Positions 1 through 10,328 of a DNA stretch of 64,000 bases are shown here, one piece after another (position 1 is the stretch's first letter; the number at the start of each line of letters is the position of its first letter). Made by a program: the position numbers and the translations under genes. The stretch comes from an uncultured virus (IMG/VR IMGVR_UViG_3300013121_000030) (taxonomy: Duplodnaviria > Heunggongvirae > Uroviricota > Caudoviricetes): the IMG/VR virus record IMGVR_UViG_3300013121_000030, positions 160,001 through 224,000 of that record; one strand, written 5' to 3'. The notes under the pieces were generated by a model. The model worked only from the letters and a program-made list of their open reading frames with translations. It was not told where the DNA came from and made no database searches.

Positions 1-263
1 GTTTCGGTCTGTCTCGAAGATTGTCTTATGGAAAAGGGGTGCGGGTAGGTCCCTTGGAGGGATTCCGCACCTTCTCTGTGAAGGTGTCCGATCGCCATTA
101 CATCCACGTCAACAACTGCTTCATTGTTTCTGAAGAGGCAACCCGACCCTTGTTGGAATTCCCCACCTTTCTTCCCGATGGAAGGTGGATGGAGATTGGG
201 TCCAAACCTCGGGAAGAAGCTCGTTAGGGCGTTCATAGAATCCTCTTCCAAGAGGATTCTTGG

Positions 264-665
264 ATGCCGAGAAAACAAGCAGGAAGTCAGGCGGGGTGGG
301 CGTTGATCTGTGGGCAGGTCAACGCCGCACGAGTGGAAGCCCATCGAGTTCATCAGCTCCTCAACAAAGTTCTGGCGATCGTCGAGGATTCAGAGCATAA
401 GGACCACATTTACCAGGTGGCTGGGGATTTGATCAACGTAATCCCGCATCGGCTGGAGAACCTTGAGACAAACCTGGATGCTGCTGGATACGCTCTCTCA
501 AAGATGGGGGAGGATCATCTCCGGGATCGACTCCCCGTGTCATTCCGAGCGTTGGTGGATGAGACGGTTGAGGGCGCCAAGGCATTTGGAGCCCCCATGC
601 ACCACGAGGGCCTCGTCAAGAGGCTTGCGGCGAGCTACCTGGCTCGTCGAGGAGTGTGGAAGTGA
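264..665 (+). CDS. Hypothetical protein
   Basis: 133-aa ORF, overlaps next ORF; preceded by perfect inverted repeat 237-260 that covers AGAGGA. Confidence 0.7.
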   Translation: MPRKQAGSQAGWALICGQVNAARVEAHRVHQLLNKVLAIVEDSEHKDHIYQVAGDLINVIPHRLENLETNLDAAGYALSKMGEDHLRDRLPVSFRALVDETVEGAKAFGAPMHHEGLVKRLAASYLARRGVWK

Positions 666-1792
666 AGAAGGGATATCGGTCTCCCGCGCAGGAGTTGTCT
701 GGATACAAGACATACACAAACGAGCAATCTCAGCGGGGTCTATCTCCTACGGATTACGAATACACGTCAACCCCTGAGCAGGACTCTGCGTGGGATCCAT
801 CGCGCAAGAAGCAGATGCGAGAGTCCCCATCGGCACTGCCACTTCCAGACCATCAGAAAAAAGACCGCATCCGAAAAGTTGGGCCCACCACCTACAATAA
901 AGTGGACCGGAAACCCGACGTTCACCGCGACAACTCAAAATCTCTGCCAGACAACCTCCATTACGACCCGAAACTCAACGAAGAGAATTGGCGGACAATC
1001 CCAGAGTACGGCGACAACTACGGACACCCCACAAAATACGATTACAACTACCCCACTCGCCGATTTGACCCCACCCACTTTGCCGCAGAAGTCCAGCGTT
1101 TTGCTGAGATGGCAAAGGAAGCGGTGCCCAAGCTTCCATCCCCTGGAAGCCGCCAGAAGAAGCTGCGCGGACAAGAGAAAGCCGAGAAAGCCAAGGACTA
1201 CAAAGCCCATCGGCCAATCGTTTTGCGCGAACGGCGCAAACATTATCGGGAGAAGATCAAGACGGACCCAAATCGAGATCGTTACCAGAGACTTTATCGG
1301 AAGTACCCGGAACGATTCAAGAGGACGAAGACTTCTCCATTCGGTTCGGCCGCAGAGAGGACCAAGGCATGGCGGGAGGAGCAGAAGCAGGAGGCAAAGC
1401 GTCGTGGGTTGTCACAAGCTGAATTGGCGGAGAGAAGGGTGACGGCGGAAGATTGGGGGATATGGTACAAACACACGGAGCCGCCAGAGAACCCAGACGC
1501 CCGTTCCCAACGGGTCCCTAACCTCACTCAGCGCCCTGAGAAGGGCCTCCATGGGGACCCTCCTGCTGCAAGTCCGCAAGGACCAGTCCACAGGAAAATT
1601 AAGCCTGTTCCTTCAGCGGGAACGGGGAAGGTTATTCCGCAATGGACAGATCTGGTCAACCATGGTCAGCCTGTTCCTGAAGACGTACCAAACAACTATC
1701 TTCGGAACCAGAATGGGGTTAAGACTGCGCTTGTGTGGCGAGTGGCTCGAAATTTTGTGGCGAAGGTACTCTCCAACAGCGAGGAGATCTGA
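656..1792 (+). CDS. Basic, low-complexity hypothetical protein
   Basis: 378-aa K/R-rich ORF coupled to neighbours. Confidence 0.7.
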   Translation: MEVKKGYRSPAQELSGYKTYTNEQSQRGLSPTDYEYTSTPEQDSAWDPSRKKQMRESPSALPLPDHQKKDRIRKVGPTTYNKVDRKPDVHRDNSKSLPDNLHYDPKLNEENWRTIPEYGDNYGHPTKYDYNYPTRRFDPTHFAAEVQRFAEMAKEAVPKLPSPGSRQKKLRGQEKAEKAKDYKAHRPIVLRERRKHYREKIKTDPNRDRYQRLYRKYPERFKRTKTSPFGSAAERTKAWREEQKQEAKRRGLSQAELAERRVTAEDWGIWYKHTEPPENPDARSQRVPNLTQRPEKGLHGDPPAASPQGPVHRKIKPVPSAGTGKVIPQWTDLVNHGQPVPEDVPNNYLRNQNGVKTALVWRVARNFVAKVLSNSEEI

Positions 1793-2187
1793 TGCCACTG
1801 TATACGTATCGCTGCCCTGCCTGTGCATTGGTTTTCGATGAGTCCGCTCCGCTTGCGGAGTACGACCGCCCAAGACCGTGTGAAAAGTGTGGTCAACTGG
1901 CCCCACGAGATATCGCTGCGTCCATGCCGAGTGTGATCTTCAAGGGTGATGGGTGGACAACTAAAAACCTTCGCATCAAGGGTCAGATGCAGAGGAAGAA
2001 TGAGAGGTTGGACAAGAAGATGATGGAAATGAGGGGGGACGGCAAGTATGAAGGAGTAGTCCCCAATGTTGCTGGGGAGCGGACGGACTCATGGTCAGAT
2101 GCCCAGAAATTGGCAAAAGATCGAGGTCTCGATGCTGGCTCTTATGACTCTATTGTCGACAAGGAGAGAAAGGGCCTCACATCATGA
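1792..2187 (+). CDS. FmdB-family zinc-ribbon protein
   Basis: MPLYTYRCPAC...CEKCG...VIFKGDGW signature; GAGGAG upstream; TGATG overlap. Confidence 0.85.
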   Translation: MPLYTYRCPACALVFDESAPLAEYDRPRPCEKCGQLAPRDIAASMPSVIFKGDGWTTKNLRIKGQMQRKNERLDKKMMEMRGDGKYEGVVPNVAGERTDSWSDAQKLAKDRGLDAGSYDSIVDKERKGLTS

Positions 2188-2942
2188 TGATCTCCAACCT
2201 CAAAATCCCTCCGCCCAATCTTTTGGAGCGGCAGCCAAACTATATCCATCTCCAGTACAGGAACGACCCCACCATCACGGCTTACAAGGTCCGTGTGGCA
2301 TCGTCCTTGGATGACGCCTATGGGACCGCCAATGGGGTTGTGGGAGCAGGGACGGAAGTCCTTTTTGTGGTGGAGAGGGGAGATTTCTTTGGGTCACAGA
2401 CGATCCTGAGGAAGGGCCTCCAACAGACTGGATCTTCGGGGAATGCTCGCGGTCAAACGAGGGCTCTGTATGACCCAGAGGATTTTTTCAATCCCCCTGT
2501 GACCGTGACTGTCCCCCCGGACGATCAGATTGCCTATATTCGGACTCAGATCCGAAAAGTGTCAACAGCCTTTCCGGTGGGAGCGGACAACACCAACCAG
2601 AGTGTCATCAAGATTATCCCGCCTCCTTTCTTTATGACAACCTTTTGGCCGGTCATGTCCCTGTATGGGACAGCCCCCCAGGTGGCTCTGGCAGCAGGTT
2701 CTCTCCCAACGGAACAAACAATGCGAATTATGGTGCCGTCGTTTGTGCGGACGGTGACCTTGACGAACTTGGATGCGGGTGTTGGGCTTCTTTACTCGCC
2801 ACAAGTGGACCTGCCTTTGCTGCCGTTGGCGGCAGGTAACTCAGTCTCCTCCAACATGGGGAGTGTAATCTGCATCTGCTCTGCGGGAGGTAATCCAAAA
2901 TTTTCCATGGTGATGGAATTCCAGCCCCTCGGGGATCAATAG
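2184..2942 (+). CDS. Hypothetical protein, probably virion structural
   Basis: 252-aa ORF, beta-rich composition, in the structural block. Confidence 0.6.
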   Translation: MMISNLKIPPPNLLERQPNYIHLQYRNDPTITAYKVRVASSLDDAYGTANGVVGAGTEVLFVVERGDFFGSQTILRKGLQQTGSSGNARGQTRALYDPEDFFNPPVTVTVPPDDQIAYIRTQIRKVSTAFPVGADNTNQSVIKIIPPPFFMTTFWPVMSLYGTAPQVALAAGSLPTEQTMRIMVPSFVRTVTLTNLDAGVGLLYSPQVDLPLLPLAAGNSVSSNMGSVICICSAGGNPKFSMVMEFQPLGDQ

Positions 2943-2994
2943 GCTCCGTTAGGGTGGCTATCTTTCCGATCGATGGGTAGAAACGGAGAAAACA

Positions 2995-3669
2995 ATGCCG
3001 TACATCGTGATGCGCCGGACTGATATCCCCAATGGGGTCCTCCAGGTTGTGGACTTGAAGCCCAACACCTCGCAGAGGAATATTCCTTATGAGCCTGGGA
3101 TGGGGCAAACTGGCTACATCCGCAATATCCCGACCAGTGACACAGTTGCTACGACTGGCGCGGGTCCCATCGTGACCAATGCCCAATATTGTGGTCTGGC
3201 TGCGTATCTGATTGATCATGTGGAGGATTCTTCCACCACGGCAATCACTGCGGCGGTGGCGAATACGGCTGCTGCAACGATTATTGCCAGGCCGCAAGCA
3301 GGTTTGACCGTCACTCTGGCGAACATCAACGCGGCGTTGGTGGCAGCTGGAGCGACAGTTGGTACGGGGCTCACAGCGGGAAATTCGACTGGTTCGCTGG
3401 CAGATGTTCTCTCAATCCTCCAGGGGAAAGGTTATTGCCTTCCTGGCGGAGCACAGGTTGAGGATGCGGGCAACCTGTTTGATCCCACTGTAAGCGGATA
3501 CTTCTCCGATTCTGAAGTAATCCGGACCTACTACGACACGGGATATTTCAAGATCTCCTTCGGAGAAGGAAATCTCTCAAGCTTACTCTCCTCCACCTTC
3601 ACCTATGAGGGTTCGGCGGGTGCGGCCATCACAGTTTACAACAACGACGGCACGCTGTACGTAGGATAA
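2995..3669 (+). CDS. Putative virion structural protein (paralog 1)
   Basis: A/G/T-rich; N- and C-termini align with next ORF; GGAG RBS. Confidence 0.7.
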   Translation: MPYIVMRRTDIPNGVLQVVDLKPNTSQRNIPYEPGMGQTGYIRNIPTSDTVATTGAGPIVTNAQYCGLAAYLIDHVEDSSTTAITAAVANTAAATIIARPQAGLTVTLANINAALVAAGATVGTGLTAGNSTGSLADVLSILQGKGYCLPGGAQVEDAGNLFDPTVSGYFSDSEVIRTYYDTGYFKISFGEGNLSSLLSSTFTYEGSAGAAITVYNNDGTLYVG

Positions 3670-3678
3670 GAGGAAACC

Positions 3679-4734
3679 ATGCCGCACATTGTGATGAAGA
3701 GGTCCGATATCCCTCGGGCGACATTGCAGGTTTTGGACTTGCAGCCCAACGTCAGCCAAAGGAATCCCACCATTGACCCTCCAGGTCAAAACAAGTATGT
3801 CAATGCTCCCTACAACGATGTTGTTGTGACGACGGGTGTGGGGCCTGTGTACATGTACACAGAGGCTCGCGGACTTGCGGCCTGGTTCATCACCAACATC
3901 GATGATGGCACAGGTGTGCAAGCCACTGGGAGCTTCTCCATTGCGGCGGGCAATGCGGCTCCTGGAGATACTGTGATTGTGAATACGGTTGCGGTTGGAG
4001 GCCCCAACGTCACCTTTACATTTGTGGCAGGCGCTCCTGTGCTGTCCACCGATGTGACTGTGGGTGGGACTGAAGACATTTCGGCGACCAATCTGGCCAA
4101 CGCAATCAACAATGCTCTCAATGGCCTGGACGTCTATGTCACTGCTGCTGCCCCTGGTGGCGGTCCTCCTTCTCCAGTGAACCTCACGGCGGTTCAGCCT
4201 GGGACTGCGGCCAACTCCATTGCGATTTCGGCTGTGGGAGCTAACCTGAGTGCCTCAGGGGCTACACTGGCCGGCGGTGTGAATGCCAATGCTCTTACCG
4301 CAGCCAACGCCAACGCCATTGCCAGCGGGATCTTGACTTCCCTCGTACGGTTTGGGAATCTCGCAACTCCAGCTGTGGCCTGTAACCTTGCGGGCGTCAA
4401 TGGCATCGTTGCTGGGGTTGTGGCAACCGCGGCAATCACTTCAACTCAATTGATCGAGATTTTGGATATCCTGTCTGGTCGCTACTATGTGGCCCCAGAA
4501 GGAGTCCAAGTTGACTCCGGATCTGGGTTCGAGGTGAGCCCTGCAGTTGGAACTGCAACCGGCCCTCGATTTGTGGATCCCAGCACCAGGCACACCTACG
4601 ATACTGGATCCCTCAAAATCTCGTTTGGGGAAGGACACCTCTCGGTGTTTTCGGCATCCAGCTTCATCTACAATGACGCAGCAGGAGCTGCCGTTGTTGT
4701 TTATGCGGATGACGGCTCATTGTACACTCTCTAA
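3679..4734 (+). CDS. Putative virion structural protein (paralog 2, with inserted domain)
   Basis: MPHIVMKRSDIP.. and ..KISFGEG..VYADDGSLY align with paralog 1; ~110-aa insertion. Confidence 0.7.
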   Translation: MPHIVMKRSDIPRATLQVLDLQPNVSQRNPTIDPPGQNKYVNAPYNDVVVTTGVGPVYMYTEARGLAAWFITNIDDGTGVQATGSFSIAAGNAAPGDTVIVNTVAVGGPNVTFTFVAGAPVLSTDVTVGGTEDISATNLANAINNALNGLDVYVTAAAPGGGPPSPVNLTAVQPGTAANSIAISAVGANLSASGATLAGGVNANALTAANANAIASGILTSLVRFGNLATPAVACNLAGVNGIVAGVVATAAITSTQLIEILDILSGRYYVAPEGVQVDSGSGFEVSPAVGTATGPRFVDPSTRHTYDTGSLKISFGEGHLSVFSASSFIYNDAAGAAVVVYADDGSLYTL

Positions 4735-4749
4735 CATTGAGTACCTGGC

Positions 4750-4786
4750 AAAAAAGGGATGCCACCTCAGGTGGCATCCCTTTTTT
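4750..4786. terminator. Bidirectional intrinsic terminator
   Basis: AAAAAAGGGATGCCACC-TCA-GGTGGCATCCCTTTTTT. Confidence 0.85.
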
Positions 4787-4802
4787 CTTGTAGCGTGTAG
4801 GT

Positions 4803-7187
4803 ATGGCACTCCCACCCAAGCCATTTGCTCCACCTTCTCCGTCCTCTCGTCAGATCCAGTTGGATCGGGGTCGACGTCGGGAGATTCAGAACATGGGTCC
4901 TTCAACAGGACCCATGTCTCATGGCCTTGGAGTGGGTCGAGTGGTGCGGGTGGACTATTCCACCCATGAGATTGTCCTCCAAATCATTTCAGGGGAGAAC
5001 GACCTCTATCAAAGGACTGCGACGACAAACTTGTATCCTGTGGCGGGCGCGAGAACCTTCATGGGTGGTCTCCCTGAGCCAGGGGATCTGTGTGTGGTGG
5101 GGTGGCTGGCAACATCCAACAAAACCCCTATGATCTTGGGGTGGATTCCGATCGGCATTTCTGCTGGGATGGAATGGCTACCTGTTCAGGACTTCTTGCC
5201 CACAGAAGTGGACATGAACCCCAAGATTCGATCCCAGTACGAGGGGATTTACAGTAGGCGGCGGTTCAAGATGAGGCCCATGAAGCCAGGGGATCTGTAC
5301 TTGTCCTCCAGCAAAGGAGCTGACATCTACCTGGACGAGGGGGTCTCGATTTCAAATAGGAGGTTGTCTGAGATTCGCCTCCGAGATCAAGACCAGGCGT
5401 TGGTTTTGAGATCTCTTGTGCATTTCCAAGCACTGGGGGGTGCAAGGGTCTATGCTGGCCCAGTCCAGCGAGATGCGCGTCTTCTCCCCTTTCGGGTGAT
5501 TCAGGATGGAGTGGAGTGGGACGCTCCAATTCAGGTGGAAGGGTCTACCCCTCTACCCCCCTTTGCCTTGGGATCTGAGGCAAAAGGGAAATTTCGTCCG
5601 CACCCTGTATTCCAGAAGTCGGATATTTCAAAACCATTCTTCGACTCGGGGTTTGAGGTGGACTCCAATGTGGACCCGTACGCTCTCTTGGCACGTGGTC
5701 TCTGGATCGGTCCTGACGGCTACATGCAGGATCCCTCAGCCAGGACAGATGTGGAGTATGGAGGAAAGCCTATCTATAGGGTTTCACAGTCCTCCGATGG
5801 GACTCCTCCAAATGGGGCAGGGCCCAATGTGGACACCCTGACCGAATATCGGATCGAGTTGATGCACACATCCGATGGGACGCTGCCCGTCACAGAACAA
5901 ACTGAAGGTTTTGACTCAGATCGTCTCCCCAGCACAGCCACACAGGGACAAGCGACCGATGTTCCGCGTCCAATTGTGGAGTGGGCCTTGGGATCTGTGG
6001 TGGGGAACCAGCCCTTCTCTGTGCAGGAGAAGGGTCTCTATGGAATCCCGCTTCTCCCAAAAATCTTTGATGGACCCGTGCTGGACCCCAGGTTGGAGTC
6101 AGGACTTGGAGAGGACATCCATCGTCATGCCGCAACCCTCCTGAGAATTACTCCACCCCTTCGAGACCCAGGCACCAATCCCTCGGCCTTCCTTTGCATG
6201 ACGAAACAGGGATCAGCGAGGGTTTTTCTCTCGGGGCCCCAGACAGAAGACTCCCTGGAGATTGCAGCTCGTGGCGGGGTGCGCATGGAGGCTGGAGGGA
6301 GGATCCGGCTCAAAGGGACCTCTCTGGAGTTGGATTTTGCAGAAGGAGATGACTCCAATCGCGCCTTCTCCGTTGTCACTCAAACGGGATCTGTACGCCT
6401 CTCGGCGGGCGGCCCAACCACCCAAGGGAGTGCCTCTGCGAGGGGGACAAACTCAAAGGTGCGGGAGGAGCAGCTTCCAGCATTGACTTTGGAAGCGCCC
6501 ACCTCGAACGTGTGGGTGACGGCTGGAAAGGCAGTCAAGATTGCCTCAGGGACGACAATTCAGGTTGGAGATGCTCAAGAGGTGAGCGTCTCCGCGAAGA
6601 GGTCCTTGCGGCTTTTCTCCGACAAAATGATCCAACAGTGCAATACGCTGGATCGGACTGTTCAGGGCCAGGAAAGGACCCTCTACATTGGGCCCAAGAA
6701 TTTTGTACCCTCCAATGGGCCCACACGAGAAGTTACCTTTGGGGGAACACCTGCAACGGGACAAACAGGTGGGGTCGTGGATCGCTACAAAGTCCAGTTC
6801 GGGGACAGGGAAGAAACCTTTGTGGCTGGGAATCACACCACAAAAGTGGTGGTTGGAGATTTGACTTACCAAACCGGGTTGGGAAAGTGGAGGGCTGAGG
6901 CGGGGACCAATACGCTGGAGGTCTCTTCGACGGGTGGGATCGATGGGAATGTTTTGGTGGGATCCGTCAAGATGGTTGCTGTGAGCACCATTTCCCTCCA
7001 GGGGTTGGCTGGAGCCACCATGAAGTCAGGTGCGCTGACTCGGGTGTCGGGCTCCACTGTTGTGCTGGGAGCTGTGGGAAAGACAGGGGCCATTGTGAGC
7101 GGAGCAGATCTGGATCCCCTCACAAACTTGCCACTGTCTTTCTTCAACATGGGTTCCCCAGGCCATCTCCTGGGGCCATCCATCTAA
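4803..7187 (+). CDS. Baseplate central spike (gp5/VgrG-like) protein
   Basis: N-terminal OB-fold-like GRVVRVD...GGLPEPGDLCVVGW; Gly/Ser/Thr beta-helix-like C-terminus. Confidence 0.6.
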   Translation: MALPPKPFAPPSPSSRQIQLDRGRRREIQNMGPSTGPMSHGLGVGRVVRVDYSTHEIVLQIISGENDLYQRTATTNLYPVAGARTFMGGLPEPGDLCVVGWLATSNKTPMILGWIPIGISAGMEWLPVQDFLPTEVDMNPKIRSQYEGIYSRRRFKMRPMKPGDLYLSSSKGADIYLDEGVSISNRRLSEIRLRDQDQALVLRSLVHFQALGGARVYAGPVQRDARLLPFRVIQDGVEWDAPIQVEGSTPLPPFALGSEAKGKFRPHPVFQKSDISKPFFDSGFEVDSNVDPYALLARGLWIGPDGYMQDPSARTDVEYGGKPIYRVSQSSDGTPPNGAGPNVDTLTEYRIELMHTSDGTLPVTEQTEGFDSDRLPSTATQGQATDVPRPIVEWALGSVVGNQPFSVQEKGLYGIPLLPKIFDGPVLDPRLESGLGEDIHRHAATLLRITPPLRDPGTNPSAFLCMTKQGSARVFLSGPQTEDSLEIAARGGVRMEAGGRIRLKGTSLELDFAEGDDSNRAFSVVTQTGSVRLSAGGPTTQGSASARGTNSKVREEQLPALTLEAPTSNVWVTAGKAVKIASGTTIQVGDAQEVSVSAKRSLRLFSDKMIQQCNTLDRTVQGQERTLYIGPKNFVPSNGPTREVTFGGTPATGQTGGVVDRYKVQFGDREETFVAGNHTTKVVVGDLTYQTGLGKWRAEAGTNTLEVSSTGGIDGNVLVGSVKMVAVSTISLQGLAGATMKSGALTRVSGSTVVLGAVGKTGAIVSGADLDPLTNLPLSFFNMGSPGHLLGPSI

Positions 7188-7873
7188 TCCTTGCAGGGAG
7201 AGAGGTCTTGGACGCAATGGTACTGCGTCTTCAGGAGATCTAGCACTGCGGTGCAAGATGTGGAGTTTTTCCCTCCAGGGAGACCCAGTTCGTCGCACGT
7301 GGGCTGGATGAGAGCCACGTCGCACTTTTCAGTGCCGTTGATGACACCATCTCCACAGTAGATGCACATGGAGAGGTCCAACTCACACTTGTCTGTGCAG
7401 GGGACGAAGTTGTTTGGGCTGAACAGGTAGTAGGACCACTGGATGAGACCATATTCAGGAATGGGGTCCAGGATCATGGTGTCGCACTTGTTGTTATTGA
7501 AGCAATAGGCATTTCCGTCACACTGCTCCAGGTCACATGGGCCATCGATGATGTCGACTTCCCCATCTCCACAAGTGTCCTGAACCCCCGTGGTTGCATC
7601 TGTAGTTGAAGAGGTCGTCCCTGTTGACGTAGATGTTGCCGTGGTGGCATCTGTGGAGGACCCCATTCCCCCAGAGGAGGAATCCCCCCCTGTGGAGATG
7701 GTCCCTGTCGTTTCGGATCCACTCGTCGTGGGGTCTGTTCCAGTGGAACTGGAGGTGCCGCGTGTGCCCCCACCTGTGATGGAGGTGACACCTGTGAGAT
7801 TGGTGGTCTGGACGACATCATCCATCAGACATCCAGAGAGGAGAATGGTGAGAAGCAAAGAGGTTTTGTTCAT
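7184..7873 (-). CDS. Cys-rich lipoprotein with myxobacterial CGDG repeats
   Basis: Lipobox LSGC, S/T/G linker, TCGDGEVD..EQCDG and YCGDGVINGTEKCD. Confidence 0.75.
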   Translation of the reverse strand: MNKTSLLLTILLSGCLMDDVVQTTNLTGVTSITGGGTRGTSSSTGTDPTTSGSETTGTISTGGDSSSGGMGSSTDATTATSTSTGTTSSTTDATTGVQDTCGDGEVDIIDGPCDLEQCDGNAYCFNNNKCDTMILDPIPEYGLIQWSYYLFSPNNFVPCTDKCELDLSMCIYCGDGVINGTEKCDVALIQPTCDELGLPGGKNSTSCTAVLDLLKTQYHCVQDLSPCKD

Positions 7874-7950
7874 GGTAGGTTCCTGGAGAAGACTCTTGGA
7901 GAGTCTGAAAATCGTGCCCCCGTATTACCCGAAAGGACTTGGGTTTTGGA

Positions 7951-8268
7951 ATGTTGAAGTGGCCAGCAAGGATAAGTGTTCAGGAAGCGGCCAGGATCTT
8001 GGGAATAACGGATGGTGGGGTCCGGGGGGCAATCGGGCGGGGGAAGATTCCCTCGAAGTTGGAGGGTGGAAGGAGGACCATTCAGTTTGAGGATTTGGCC
8101 TTCTTCGGGATCTATGGGACTTCGCATCCTCTCGAAAATCGGTCGCCAGGTTGGGAGCAGGCAGTGGTGAGAGTCTTTCAGACTCTTTATGGGGAGATCG
8201 AGATCTCCAAGAGGGGAGATCCTGAGGCGGATACCGAGGAGACAATTCGGATCCCAGGACCCAAGTGA
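7951..8268 (+). CDS. Excisionase-like HTH DNA-binding protein
   Basis: ISVQEAARILGITDGGVRGAIGRGKIP. Confidence 0.65.
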   Translation: MLKWPARISVQEAARILGITDGGVRGAIGRGKIPSKLEGGRRTIQFEDLAFFGIYGTSHPLENRSPGWEQAVVRVFQTLYGEIEISKRGDPEADTEETIRIPGPK

Positions 8269-9098
8269 ACCTCAACAGAGGTGGGCCCTTCGATTCGCAG
8301 AACCCCGTGCCCCCCTGGGGAGGAGCTGGTGATTTTTACGGTTCCCTCAAAACGAGAGATGTTGATTCCATGTGAGGAATCAATGGGCGAAGGGTTGGTA
8401 GGTACGGACGTGGGAAGGGAAGGCAGGGCAGGTGGGGCGGGGGGAGCAGGGAGAGCGGGCAGGGCAGGTGGGGCAGGTGGGAGGGAAGGTTTCTGGGAGA
8501 TGGAGTCCAAGATGGAGTTCATCTTCCGTGCGATGGAAGAGCCAACCTGGTCTCCACGAGCTACTTTGTAGCAAGTGGAGGAAGAGATCTTATCGCTGTA
8601 GAGTGATAGGAAAGTCCCCATGGACCACTCGCGCTCCTTGAGAAGAGCCAGGAATCGGACGGTCAGCTCTGGGGTCTCTGCTGGTGAAACAGGTTCCACA
8701 GGTGACAAGGACTCCGTGGAGCCCGAATCCGTGGATGACAACATGGATGGGATGGTCTTGAGGAGCTGAACATAGTCCAGGTCATCTGGTGAGAACATGG
8801 GTGATGGTGGATCTGTGGTGGGGGTCTTGGGGGCCCGAGTCACCTCAAGTGCGGAGGACAGTGTGTCTAGGTTGATCCGTGGAAGGATTCGGGGGATATC
8901 CTCGATATGGATGGCGATCTCTCCCTCACCAGAGGGAGCTAGATCGCCACGTGGCCCCACTCGTCGGACGAGATCGGCATTGTCGAGGGCCCATTCCTCA
9001 ATGTCTGTGATCTTCTGGACGCCATAGCCGAGAAGCTCTCGCGCAAAGACGAAGCCCTGGTCATGGAGAAGGCGGGTGGCGGAGGGGGAGATGGCCAT
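8187..9098 (-). CDS. Hypothetical protein with Pro-rich linker and possible HTH
   Basis: Long ORF; start at ATG 9098 inferred. Confidence 0.55.
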   Translation of the reverse strand: MAISPSATRLLHDQGFVFARELLGYGVQKITDIEEWALDNADLVRRVGPRGDLAPSGEGEIAIHIEDIPRILPRINLDTLSSALEVTRAPKTPTTDPPSPMFSPDDLDYVQLLKTIPSMLSSTDSGSTESLSPVEPVSPAETPELTVRFLALLKEREWSMGTFLSLYSDKISSSTCYKVARGDQVGSSIARKMNSILDSISQKPSLPPAPPALPALPAPPAPPALPSLPTSVPTNPSPIDSSHGINISRFEGTVKITSSSPGGHGVLRIEGPTSVEVHLGPGIRIVSSVSASGSPLLEISISP

Positions 9099-9120
9099 GT
9101 GCGATGGTATACCCTGGCGC

Positions 9121-9149
9121 TTGTAAGGTGAGATGACACGTGCTACTCT
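9121..9149 (+). promoter_or_regulatory. Phage promoter-like motif; leaderless ATG at 9156
   Basis: TTGTAAG-N11-CGTGC-TACTCT-N6-ATG. Confidence 0.7.
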
Positions 9150-9155
9150 CGCGGC

Positions 9156-9623
9156 ATGGAACACACCACGTGTGGAGAGAAAGATTGCGGTACAGTCTCC
9201 TGCTACGTCAGGATGCGGCGCCAGGGGGTCAACTGTCCTCGCTGCAAGCAAGCTAAGGCTCTCTATGAGAGAGCCCGAAGAGTTCTTCCCCCAGAGCTTG
9301 TGGGGGCAGGAGATCCCGAAAGGGTAGCAGAAGACATTATCATTCAGACACTCCTACTCAGTTCAGAGGGGAGGCCGCTCAAAGAAGTAGCGGAAATCGC
9401 GGGGGTCCCAGTTTCGAGGTTGTATCGAATGGGACCTTCGCCAATTCCTCCTGTGTCCGCCTCCCCCAAGTGCGGGGAGCTGCGAAAGTATCGGGGTGGG
9501 TGTCGGTGTGATGCGTGTAAGGAGGCGAATCGTCTCCATTCATATAAGTATCGACCCAAAAAGGTGGGGAAGAGAATGTCTTCCATCCTCCCACACCAAG
9601 ACGTGGGCGTGGCGGTAATGTAG
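9156..9623 (+). CDS. Zn-finger/HTH regulatory protein
   Basis: Two Cys clusters (CPRC; GCRCDAC) flanking LKEVAEIAGVPVSRLY. Confidence 0.7.
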   Translation: MEHTTCGEKDCGTVSCYVRMRRQGVNCPRCKQAKALYERARRVLPPELVGAGDPERVAEDIIIQTLLLSSEGRPLKEVAEIAGVPVSRLYRMGPSPIPPVSASPKCGELRKYRGGCRCDACKEANRLHSYKYRPKKVGKRMSSILPHQDVGVAVM

Positions 9624-9625
9624 GG

Positions 9626-10279
9626 ATGATGCGCGATGATACAGACCGGATAGGAGAGATTCTGGAGCACCTGAGGAAGTTGTCTGAGGCAGTGCAGACA
9701 CTGATCCGTCTCCAACTTGGGGAGGGTGGCTCCAAAGAGAAGTCTCAAGAAAATTCCAAGGTAATTAGCCCAATCGTGCCTGAGGATGTGGAGGTCATCG
9801 GGAAGGACTTGAGCATATCTCCCTTACACTGTGAGGTAATGTGGGAGATTAAAACCTCCCTCACATCTCTGAGAGTTGGGGAAGGAACTTCTTTTGTTAC
9901 CGAAAGTCGAGGTCTCGTTGAGGCTTCAAAGATTCTCGTAGGGCAGAGAATAGCCCTCGTTCATGGGGTGGGGGAGTTTTCTTTCTGGGAATATGTGGAA
10001 GTCCTTGAAGTTTTGAAGAAAGAGGGTGGGGACGCCAAACGAATTGACAGTGTATCTCCAGTCTTTGCGCAGTTGGGGCCAGAAAAATGGGTCCTTCCGG
10101 TAGGTCCGGTTGAGGATCGGTGTCTGCCTCCAGAAAAGGTTGGAGATGCGGATCCGGACGAATTTGACGAAGTTCTTCGTCAAGTTGAGAGTGCAGGTTT
10201 CAAAATCAAGGCAGTGTCGAACTTCGTCCTCGATGGGAGTTCGACTCGGGAATATGTGATAGAGGGTCTCCCTAAATAG
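9626..10279 (+). CDS. Hypothetical protein
   Basis: 217-aa ORF following 9156..9623. Confidence 0.6.
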   Translation: MMRDDTDRIGEILEHLRKLSEAVQTLIRLQLGEGGSKEKSQENSKVISPIVPEDVEVIGKDLSISPLHCEVMWEIKTSLTSLRVGEGTSFVTESRGLVEASKILVGQRIALVHGVGEFSFWEYVEVLEVLKKEGGDAKRIDSVSPVFAQLGPEKWVLPVGPVEDRCLPPEKVGDADPDEFDEVLRQVESAGFKIKAVSNFVLDGSSTREYVIEGLPK

Positions 10280-10312
10280 ATAGGGAGAGGCCCCTGAAAG
10301 CCTCTCCCTATC
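10279..10312. terminator. Hairpin between convergent genes
   Basis: GATAGGGAGAGGC/GCCTCTCCCTATC 13-bp stem. Confidence 0.65.
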
Positions 10313-10328
10313 TCCTCGCTGCGGATCG

